A stretch of DNA of 38,850 bases from a virus. The stretch lies in the IMG/VR virus record IMGVR_UViG_3300045988_098026, positions 1 through 38,850 of that record; one strand, written 5' to 3'. Shown here one piece after another: positions 13,413-21,088 of this stretch. The first letter of the stretch is position 1; each line of letters starts with the position of its first letter. The notes beneath the pieces are model-generated. The model made no database searches and was not told the DNA's origin. It saw only the letters and a program-made list of their open reading frames with translations. Both the position numbers and the translations under genes were made by a program.

Positions 13413-13760
13413 ATGGCTGAATACATTAAGCGCAGTGTGGCGATTGCTTATATCCGTGAGCAATCGGAAGAATGTCAAAAAGCGTTTGAAGAGCTTGGCG
13501 GGGAAAGCGGAATCTACGCAGACGCCTATAACGATTTGGCGGAGGATTTTTACCGCATCCCTGCCGCCGACGTTGCGCCGGTGGTGCGGTGTAAGGACTG
13601 TGTACACTGGGATGATGACCCCGATACTTATGGGGCAGATGACGGCCCGAAAGGCAAATGTATGAAATCATTTGAAACGATGCGCGCAGATGACTTTTGC
13701 AGCTACGGAGAGAGAAAGGACGGAGGAAATGCCGATGAAAACAGAGATCCTGAAAATTAA
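13413..13760 (+). CDS. Hypothetical protein, paralog-like of 12836..13141
   Basis: GGAGGGG RBS. ATGGCTGA junction. MAEYIKRSVAIAYI...IPAADVAPVVRCKDCVHW. Confidence 0.55.
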   Translation: MAEYIKRSVAIAYIREQSEECQKAFEELGGESGIYADAYNDLAEDFYRIPAADVAPVVRCKDCVHWDDDPDTYGADDGPKGKCMKSFETMRADDFCSYGERKDGGNADENRDPEN

Positions 13761-14352
13761 GGGAAGTTGGGAGGAAGTGGTGGATGACTGCCGGGCCACC
13801 GTGAGCAAGCCACCTCTGGGTCACGACCCTCGCGCATCCTTTAAGCGGCGCATCCTGATTGCTGAGCACAGCCCCATCCGGGATCTCTCCGTCCGCTTCC
13901 GGTGGACGGGGATCAAATACTGGGTCGCCATGCACTGGAAAACACACCACTGGGAGAGTAAGGTATCTACTCAGCGCTCCGACCGCACCGGCACTCCACG
14001 GGACAAGCTTCCACAAGATGCCCCGGTGAACTTCACCGGCGAGATGAACGCACAGGCGGCCATTGACACCATGCGTAAGCGCCTTTGCCACCAAGCGTCG
14101 GCGGAGACACGGGCATACGCAGAGGACTTCAAGGAAGCCTTGCGGGAGACGGAGCCGGAACTCAGCGACGCGCTGGTTCCAAACTGTGTGTACCGCTGCG
14201 GCTGCCCGGAGATGAAGAGTTGCGGCTTATGGGCGCGGATGACGCGGGAGACCGACGGATTGATCGCCTCCCAGTGCATAAATGAGCGTTACAAAGCCTA
14301 CAACGCCTATTTCTACGGCCGTAGAGAGGAGACGGAGAGGGCGGCTGAATAG
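13735..14352 (+). CDS. ThyX-like fold protein with a degenerate RHR motif (tentative)
   Basis: IAEHSPIRDLSVRFRWTGIKYWVAMHWKTHHWESKVSTQRSDR aligns by eye to ThyX (G)HESPLEH..FtF.i.G.SR....QL.RHR..S....S.R. RHR is replaced by THH. Confidence 0.4.
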   Translation: MKTEILKIKGSWEEVVDDCRATVSKPPLGHDPRASFKRRILIAEHSPIRDLSVRFRWTGIKYWVAMHWKTHHWESKVSTQRSDRTGTPRDKLPQDAPVNFTGEMNAQAAIDTMRKRLCHQASAETRAYAEDFKEALRETEPELSDALVPNCVYRCGCPEMKSCGLWARMTRETDGLIASQCINERYKAYNAYFYGRREETERAAE

Positions 14353-14385
14353 CCGCCACTCGCAATCAAATACAGGAGGTAAGCT

Positions 14386-14586
14386 ATGGAGGATCGGGAC
14401 AAAAAACTGCTGAAAGCCTATGCGGAGAACGACATGAGCATGAAAAAGACCGGTGGCGCGGTTTACCTGCACTACAACTCCATCCGCTACCGCTTTCAGC
14501 TTATTCAGAGAGAAACCGGGCTGAACCCACGGAATTTTTACGATCTGGAAAAGCTGTTAGCCATGATAGACGCGCAGGGGTCCTGA
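14386..14586 (+). CDS. Small HTH regulator (PucR C-terminal HTH-like)
   Basis: YLHYNSIRYRFQLIQRETGLNPRNFYDL resembles the PucR/CdaR C-terminal HTH. AGGAGG RBS. Confidence 0.45.
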   Translation: MEDRDKKLLKAYAENDMSMKKTGGAVYLHYNSIRYRFQLIQRETGLNPRNFYDLEKLLAMIDAQGS

Positions 14587-14639
14587 CCACCTGCATCGGT
14601 AGATCAAAGGGGAGGGGCACTTCATAAAGGAGGCCCAAT

Positions 14640-14858
14640 ATGAAATACCGATACACCGTCCAGCAGCTCCAAAAAATGGAGCAGTGCCGCTATCTCACCG
14701 ACCGGGAGCGGCGCGTGTTCAATCTGGTTTGCCGCCGCGGCTGGGCGATCGAGGATGCGGCGGCGGAGCTGTACCTGTCCCGTTCCTCCGTGAACGCCTG
14801 CCTGCGCTCCATTCGGGATAAAGCAGGCATATCCCGCCCAAACAAAAGACGCCCCTAA
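14640..14858 (+). CDS. Sigma-70 region-4 / LuxR-type HTH protein, candidate late-gene activator
   Basis: LTDRERRVFNLVCRRGWAIEDAAAELYLSRSSVNACLRSIRDK. AAAGGAGG RBS. Placed at the end of the early/middle genes. Confidence 0.5.
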   Translation: MKYRYTVQQLQKMEQCRYLTDRERRVFNLVCRRGWAIEDAAAELYLSRSSVNACLRSIRDKAGISRPNKRRP

Positions 14859-14958
14859 GCCATGACAAGCGATGCCCTGTGGTACGGTAACCATAGAGCA
14901 CCGCTTGTTTTGCGCGCGGAAACAGGGGGTGTATTTTTAGAGAAGGAGGAATCTCTCT

Positions 14959-15540
14959 ATGGCTGAATTTGCAAGCAAGGGCGTCGCGGGCGCTGGCCTC
15001 GGCACCGGCATTGCCGGTCTGTCTCTGGGCGTCCTGAACACTCTGGGTGGTCTCGGCGGGATCCTGCTGGGCAATCGCGCTGTCCCCTTTGCCGCTGGTA
15101 TGGCGGCGGAGGCCGGATGCAGCGAGAACCACACGGTCAACCGCTACGAGCTGTCCATGGTGCAGGAGAATGCCAAACTCCGCAGCGACATTGCCCTGCG
15201 GGATGCCAACACCTACCAGGACCAGAAGATGTTGGAGATGTACAAGTACATCGACGGCAAGCTGGGCGAGGTGCATGGTGCGCTGGCTTCTCAGGCGGTC
15301 AACAATCAGGCCACCAAGGACAGCTTCCAGCTGTTGCAGGAGCGCGTGGACTGCTGCAAGAACGAGCTGTGCGGGGCCATTTCCAGAGAGCGGGACGAGC
15401 GGAAGTGCGCTGACAATACCATTGTCACCTACACCAACGCCACCTTTTATCCCAAAATGGTCGCGGACATCACCACCGGCACCGGCACCACGCCCCAGTC
15501 CACCTATAACCCCCTCCCCGTCTCCACCTGCGGCTGCTAA
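14959..15540 (+). CDS. Glycine-zipper / coiled-coil protein with a Cys-rich C-terminus
   Basis: GVAGAGLGTGIAGLSLGVLNTLGGLGGILLG N-terminus, coiled-coil middle, C-terminal ...PVSTCGC. AGAAGGAGGAA RBS. Confidence 0.6.
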   Translation: MAEFASKGVAGAGLGTGIAGLSLGVLNTLGGLGGILLGNRAVPFAAGMAAEAGCSENHTVNRYELSMVQENAKLRSDIALRDANTYQDQKMLEMYKYIDGKLGEVHGALASQAVNNQATKDSFQLLQERVDCCKNELCGAISRERDERKCADNTIVTYTNATFYPKMVADITTGTGTTPQSTYNPLPVSTCGC

Positions 15541-15601
15541 GAGGCGCAGAGGGAAGAAGAGAGGGGCATAGCGCCCCTCTCTCCCGTCATTGGAGGAATC
15601 T

Positions 15602-15940
15602 ATGGTAACATTGGAACAGATCAAGCAGGGCGCTGCCCGCTATGTGGATGAGGAATTTACCGGCAAGCTCACCGGCTGGCAGAAATGGGCGGTGGGTGCC
15701 GGGGCTGCTATGGCCCTGGGCAATCTGGACGCCAGCCTTTCCGCCCTCCGGGAGCATCCCACCGTGAAGGCCCTCGGCGTCTTTGACGAGGCGGGGAATG
15801 TAGACCTTGACAAGATCTACACCTGCCTGAAAACCGAAGCCGCCAAAGGCCCCGTCACCACCAATATCCCCCTGATTGGGAACGTCACGCTGAATGAAAC
15901 GGATGTGGACAAGCTCTACACCCTCATCAAGCAGAGTTAG
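15602..15940 (+). CDS. Hypothetical protein
   Basis: GGAGGA 4 nt before the ATG at 15602; the track starts at the TTG at 15590. 112 aa. Confidence 0.5.
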   Translation: MVTLEQIKQGAARYVDEEFTGKLTGWQKWAVGAGAAMALGNLDASLSALREHPTVKALGVFDEAGNVDLDKIYTCLKTEAAKGPVTTNIPLIGNVTLNETDVDKLYTLIKQS

Positions 15941-15949
15941 GAGGTTCTT

Positions 15950-16249
15950 ATGTACGAGATCAAACACTTGGCCGAAGAGATCCGGGAAGAACTGGACGAT
16001 GCCGAGAAGTACGCACGGGAGGCCGTCAAGCACGCCGAAGACCCGGAGGACGCCAGCACCTACGCCGACCTTAGCCGTCAGGAGCTGGGACACGCCAATC
16101 GGCTACACGAAATGGCCGTTCGCCATATCGAAAAGGCGAAGGACGCCGGTCTCCATCCCACGGAGGCCATGCAAGCCGTCTGGGACTGGGAGCATGAGCG
16201 GATGCTGGACCGCACCACCCATGTGAAAACGCTCCTGTCCATGATGTAA
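15950..16249 (+). CDS. Helical-bundle hypothetical protein
   Basis: TTAGGAGG RBS. 99 aa rich in E/H/A helices. Confidence 0.55.
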   Translation: MYEIKHLAEEIREELDDAEKYAREAVKHAEDPEDASTYADLSRQELGHANRLHEMAVRHIEKAKDAGLHPTEAMQAVWDWEHERMLDRTTHVKTLLSMM

Positions 16250-16258
16250 AAGCTAAAG

Positions 16259-16295
16259 AAACACCCCCGCCAGACGGCGAGGGTGTTTTCTTATT
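16259..16295. terminator. Bidirectional rho-independent terminator between the convergent plus and minus operons
   Basis: AAACACCC-C-CGCC agac GGCG-A-GGGTGTTT, flanked by an A-rich run upstream and TTCTTATTT downstream. Confidence 0.75.
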
Positions 16296-19200
16296 TGTAG
16301 GGGTTCTTGGCGTTGGTGGTGCAGATAATATCCCACAGGTCCGCCCGGTTTTCCTGACCGGCAAGGGCCGCGCTGGCCTCCGCCTTGCTGACCCTGCCGT
16401 TTCCGTCCGCGTCGGCCCTGTCCTTCAGGGAGAAATATTCCTTGGGGGAAAGACCGGAATCATGCGCCTGCTTCACTTTCTCGTAGGCTGCGCCGCTCAT
16501 TTTGCCGCTGCCGTACTTCTGGTACAGGGCCAGAAATTCCCCGGTGGACACGCCGATGTCCCGCTTGGCCGTCTGCGCGTTTTTGATCCATGCGGCGCTG
16601 GGTTCATACTTGGGGTCCACCTGCTGACGGGCCGTCTCTCTGGCGTACTTGTAAACGTTCTGGATGTAGTCCGACTTTTCGCTGTCGCTCATGGACTTGT
16701 AGGCGGGCAGCTTCAATGCCACCTCCACCAGCTCCTTCCGCGTCTGGCCCATGGCCTTGGCGTACCGGGTGTATTCCTCGCCAGTCATGGTCCGGGTCTC
16801 GCCCTTCACCGTATAGGACTTTTCCGCCGCCGCCGGATAAACGGTGCTATCTCCGGTGGCCTTCGCCAGCCGCCGGATCTCCTGTGTGGCGGGGCTGTTG
16901 TCCTGCGCCTTTAGGAAGCCGGGGGAGAGGAAAGACTGGAACACCCGCTCCGGTGCGGAGCCGTTGGAGACCTCGTTGCCCCACATATCCACCATGGGCT
17001 GAAGCTGATTCCGTGCGCCGGGAACCTTCTTCGCCGCCCCCTGCAAGAAATAGTTCACGTCGGAGGAAAGCTGCCCCGTGCCCTTTTCCACATAGCTTTT
17101 GCGCACCGTATCATCCAATACGGATGCAACCTTGCTGCCGATGGTGGGGATATACTGTCCGGCATAGCTGCTGGCCGCCCGGTCGAGCAGATAGCCAACC
17201 TTGTTGTCGGCGTAGCTCCAATAGGAGATCAGATCATTCAGGGAGGACAGCATGGAGGTCTCCAGCACAACGTCCTGCATCCCCAGCAGAGAATCCACCA
17301 GCGCATCAAAGGTTCCGCCGCCCTTCCGAACGGATTCCATGATGGCAGCGCCCGCGAATAGGGGCATTGCCGAGGGAACCGCCCAGTCCAATGTATAGGA
17401 CTTGTCCCCGATCTGGATGGCATAATCCTGCTTTCCCATGGACTTCTCAAAGGCTTCCTCCTTGTCATCATCACCAGCCCGGACGTGGAGCAGCCCCTCC
17501 GCCGCCAGATAAGCGCCCAGCGCCATAATCCCGGTTCCGGTAAGACCGGATGCAATGGAATCCACGGCATCCGCCGCCGTGCATTTCCCGGACTTCACGT
17601 CAAACATGGCTTCTTTGATGCCCTTGGCAAGCCCCACCGGGCTGTAATCAAGGCCGGTGGTCAGAATGTTTGCCGGCGTTCGCCGGAAAGGCATAAACGC
17701 ATCCGCCGCAAAGGAGGCGGCTTTCAGAACCGGGTTATCCCCCTCATAGCGCCCCATCTTGGACAGTGCCTCGGAAAGCGCTGTGGTGTTGCGGTAGGTG
17801 GCCTTCTGCGCTTCCTCAATGGCGTAGGCCCGCGCCGCCTCCACGTCTGCGGCTCTGGTGCCCGCGTGGGCCTCTGCCGCCGTCACGCCTTTGGCTTGCA
17901 GCGCTTGGGCGAAGCTGTCCACATAGGCGTTCCGGTTGAATCGCACATCCTCACGGTCTAACAAGTGACTGCTGAAATTGCCAACAGCCTGAACGCCAGC
18001 ACCTATAGCATCCGCAGCTTTGTGGATAGGCTCTGGTACAATATTGGAAATCTTCTTTGCCAGTTTGCCGGACATCTTGGCGGTAAATACATTGCGCTTT
18101 TCCATGATCTCCCGCTCAATACCCGCCGTGGTGGCATCGGAATACTTCCCGCCGCCCATGGCCGCGTTCTGGTCCGTCTCATACTGTCCCTTGGCAAAGG
18201 CTTTCAGGTCCTTGTCAACATTCACGGCCTTTGTCCGCTGAGAAGGGTCCTTGATGACCGCCCGCTCGATTGCAGTTCCGATGCCGTCCTTGATCTTCCG
18301 TGCGCCCATCTGAATGGCGTTGCCCATGATGTTGCGGATATGGGTGGTGGGGTTGGTCAGCATGGAGGTATACCGCCAGAAATTGGCCTTTTCCCGGAAC
18401 GTGCTGGGGATCTGATCCGCAATGGAGGTGGTGATGGCGTCCCACGCTGCCGCCCGCTCCGCATCCGTCTCTGCCATCAGGTAGTTGGTGGCCAGTTCGT
18501 CAGAGAGGGTGAAGCCCGTTACCTTGTCGATGTAGTCCACCCGTGCGCCTTCCACGTCTCCGCTGCCGGGGGTGTTCTGCCGGGGTGCCCGGTTCTGCCG
18601 TGCCGCCCGGTCATTCATTTTGTCTACCAGCCGCCGCAGCGTCAGCAGACGGCCCTCCGGCGTCAACCGGTTCATCAGGTTCATAGCCTGCACCATCTGT
18701 GCGCTGTCATGAGCCGCGTCCGCAATGGCCGTTGCCAGCTCAAAGGCAGCCTTGTGGTCTCCTTCGGAAATGGCGAGGTTGTAGGCGCTGATGGCCTCGG
18801 CGGTGTCTGCCTTGGTGATCCGCTGTCCCAGCTCCGCCTTGGCAATGAAGCTGTTCGCCACCTCACGCCAGCCGTCCCGCGCGATCTTGGCCTGCGCCTG
18901 CTGCACGGCGCTCCGATCCGTCACCACGTCATAGTCGAACGCACCGCCTGCAATGGCGTTTTCATACACGGTCGCCATTTCCGGGGAGGTCAGGGGGCTA
19001 TTGAGAATGGTAGAGACCGTTTTCTCCACATTCCGCCCGGTGTCAGGGTTCACAACGGGCACTTCGGAGGGCGCCCGCCGCTGTTCTGCCTGGATGCGCT
19101 GGGCGCTGTTGGGGTTGACCGGGTGGAAGTCCTCACTCTTGGCCTGCATGGCATCAAAGGGCGTGTTCACCGCACCCGCCACGGCGTCACCCGGCGTGTC

Positions 19201-21078
19201 GAAAGCATCCACATCCTCTAAGCCGCGGCCCTGTGCCTGCTCGCCCGCGCCCAAAATGCTCTGCTTGGCGGTGAGATACCCGCTGTTGGGTCCCACCTGC
19301 TCCCCAGTCATGGTGGTGTAGCCGTTAGAGAGCATATCGTCCAGAATCAGCTCCACCCGCTTGGCCGCCGCCACGTTCTCCTGCCCGTGGTCCGTTACAA
19401 TGCGCTTCGCCGCGTCAATGATGCTGTCACGGGTAAGGCCGGTCTCGTCCATGGCCTGTCGCAGATGGGGCGAGGTCTGCGCCGCCTGCTGTACCGCGTT
19501 GCCCTCCATGGTACGCTCATAACGGCGACTCATGGGCTGCTGGAGGGAGAGGTCTGCATCCGCGATCAGGGCGCTGGCCGCTTCCTGATAATAGCGGTGC
19601 AGCTCCGGGTGGTCAAACTGGAAGGCGTTCACATCTCTGCCGCCCACCGTCTCCATCCGCCGCCGGTCGATGTGCTGCTCCGGGTCGATCTGGAACACCT
19701 TGCCGGTGGCGTCCATGCCCACGGTGCCCTCCTCGTTGGCCCGGAAAACGGCGTCCTGCTGGGCCTCCGTCATGGTATTCAGGTCCGCCCGCTTCCTCCC
19801 AAACAGAACCTCGGAGAGCACGTCCACTGGCTCGGAAGCCGTTTGCGTGCCCTCTGCGGTGTTTGCGGTGGTGGGGGTATAAGTACCCTCACGCACCTCC
19901 GGGCGTGCTTCCTGCGTGGGCTGTGCGTCCGCCTGGCTGCTTCCACGCTGTCGGATGACGTCAACGCCTGCGCCGATGCCGCCCATGGCCGCGCCCACCG
20001 CCGCGTCATACAGTGCCTCGCTGAGATCGAACCGGGCAGAGGGGTCATAGGTGGCCCGCTGCAAAACGGGCTGGAAAATATCCTCGATAAATTCCTCACC
20101 GCCCTCGGAGATCATGGAGAGGGCCACGCGGCCCGCCGAGCTGTTGTTCAGCTTGGAAAGCGCACCGCTGATGGCGTTGTCCAGAACGCCGCCGCCAAAC
20201 GCCTTTTTAAAGGGGCTTGCCACGTTGCTGATCTTCTCCGTGGCAAGGCTCAAAGCGCCGCTGCCCAGTCCGTAGGCAAGCTGCTGGCCATAGGTGGCCC
20301 CGGCCTGTCTGGCCCGTTGGGCGCTGCTCCCGGCAGACCGGGCCGTCATCAGGGCAAGACCGGCTCCGGGGATCACGGCGCTGGCCGCAACATCCCCCGC
20401 CATCTGCACGCCCTGCACGCCCAGATCCACGGCGAACTGGCCCACCGGCCCCAGCCCTTTCTTGGCCTGTGCCACATCCGCAGCGGAGCTTTGGGACAGA
20501 CGGTCCGCCTTCTGATACGCCTTGTCCGCCACCGCCTTGTCGGACTGTTCCACCGCCTTGGTGTAGCCCTCGTGGGCTGCGATCCGCCGCTTGGCGCTGG
20601 CAAGGTAGCCCTGCACCTGCTTTACGTCCGCCGACGTCATGGCCTTGCCGTTGGCCCACTTCACGTCCCGGAGCATCTTTTCGTACCGTTTTACCGCGTC
20701 ATGGTCGCTTTGCAGGGAATCCCCGGCGTTCTGGTTGGCGATCCGGGTATTCAGCTTCCCGGCCCCCTCCGCCAGCACGCCGCCCAGATTCGTAAAGGCG
20801 GAGCCGGTGGCCTTCGTTGCGCCGGTCACAATGTTCTTGACGCGGCTGGACGCATTTTTGGCGCGGGTGGGGTCTGCCACAAAGCTCTGCTGCTTCCCCG
20901 CGTCCGTGGTGGTTTTCTGCGTTGTGGCGGGCTGGGAAACAGAAGATTTCCGTTTCCCATAAGCCACTAAATCGGGCATTTGCGTCGCATTTTTCTGGGG
21001 GGAGGTGGAACTTCCGGCGGTAGACTTTACTGATTTGTTTTTCCCATAAGCCACCAAATCGGGCATTTTAACTGCCAT
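16291..21078 (-). CDS. Giant (1595 aa) virion-associated polyvalent / ejection-type protein
   Basis: AAGGAG RBS. N-terminal duplicated MPDLVAYGK motif, Gly/Ala-rich hydrophobic segments, WRYTSMLTNPTTHIRNIMGN block, C-terminal EF-hand-like DADGNGRVSKAE. Last gene of the virion operon. Confidence 0.6.
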   Translation of the reverse strand: MAVKMPDLVAYGKNKSVKSTAGSSTSPQKNATQMPDLVAYGKRKSSVSQPATTQKTTTDAGKQQSFVADPTRAKNASSRVKNIVTGATKATGSAFTNLGGVLAEGAGKLNTRIANQNAGDSLQSDHDAVKRYEKMLRDVKWANGKAMTSADVKQVQGYLASAKRRIAAHEGYTKAVEQSDKAVADKAYQKADRLSQSSAADVAQAKKGLGPVGQFAVDLGVQGVQMAGDVAASAVIPGAGLALMTARSAGSSAQRARQAGATYGQQLAYGLGSGALSLATEKISNVASPFKKAFGGGVLDNAISGALSKLNNSSAGRVALSMISEGGEEFIEDIFQPVLQRATYDPSARFDLSEALYDAAVGAAMGGIGAGVDVIRQRGSSQADAQPTQEARPEVREGTYTPTTANTAEGTQTASEPVDVLSEVLFGRKRADLNTMTEAQQDAVFRANEEGTVGMDATGKVFQIDPEQHIDRRRMETVGGRDVNAFQFDHPELHRYYQEAASALIADADLSLQQPMSRRYERTMEGNAVQQAAQTSPHLRQAMDETGLTRDSIIDAAKRIVTDHGQENVAAAKRVELILDDMLSNGYTTMTGEQVGPNSGYLTAKQSILGAGEQAQGRGLEDVDAFDTPGDAVAGAVNTPFDAMQAKSEDFHPVNPNSAQRIQAEQRRAPSEVPVVNPDTGRNVEKTVSTILNSPLTSPEMATVYENAIAGGAFDYDVVTDRSAVQQAQAKIARDGWREVANSFIAKAELGQRITKADTAEAISAYNLAISEGDHKAAFELATAIADAAHDSAQMVQAMNLMNRLTPEGRLLTLRRLVDKMNDRAARQNRAPRQNTPGSGDVEGARVDYIDKVTGFTLSDELATNYLMAETDAERAAAWDAITTSIADQIPSTFREKANFWRYTSMLTNPTTHIRNIMGNAIQMGARKIKDGIGTAIERAVIKDPSQRTKAVNVDKDLKAFAKGQYETDQNAAMGGGKYSDATTAGIEREIMEKRNVFTAKMSGKLAKKISNIVPEPIHKAADAIGAGVQAVGNFSSHLLDREDVRFNRNAYVDSFAQALQAKGVTAAEAHAGTRAADVEAARAYAIEEAQKATYRNTTALSEALSKMGRYEGDNPVLKAASFAADAFMPFRRTPANILTTGLDYSPVGLAKGIKEAMFDVKSGKCTAADAVDSIASGLTGTGIMALGAYLAAEGLLHVRAGDDDKEEAFEKSMGKQDYAIQIGDKSYTLDWAVPSAMPLFAGAAIMESVRKGGGTFDALVDSLLGMQDVVLETSMLSSLNDLISYWSYADNKVGYLLDRAASSYAGQYIPTIGSKVASVLDDTVRKSYVEKGTGQLSSDVNYFLQGAAKKVPGARNQLQPMVDMWGNEVSNGSAPERVFQSFLSPGFLKAQDNSPATQEIRRLAKATGDSTVYPAAAEKSYTVKGETRTMTGEEYTRYAKAMGQTRKELVEVALKLPAYKSMSDSEKSDYIQNVYKYARETARQQVDPKYEPSAAWIKNAQTAKRDIGVSTGEFLALYQKYGSGKMSGAAYEKVKQAHDSGLSPKEYFSLKDRADADGNGRVSKAEASAALAGQENRADLWDIICTTNAKNPYK

Positions 21079-21088
21079 AGCACGCTCC

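Noticed and set aside
13208-13420. Full-length 70-aa ORF in the +1 frame overlapping 13141..13365.
   Set aside because: Its first about 35 codons (MIACKWQCLRMMETCMLLSMKMGK...) look non-coding. Only the part after 13316 is coding-like, and that is reported as a finding instead.
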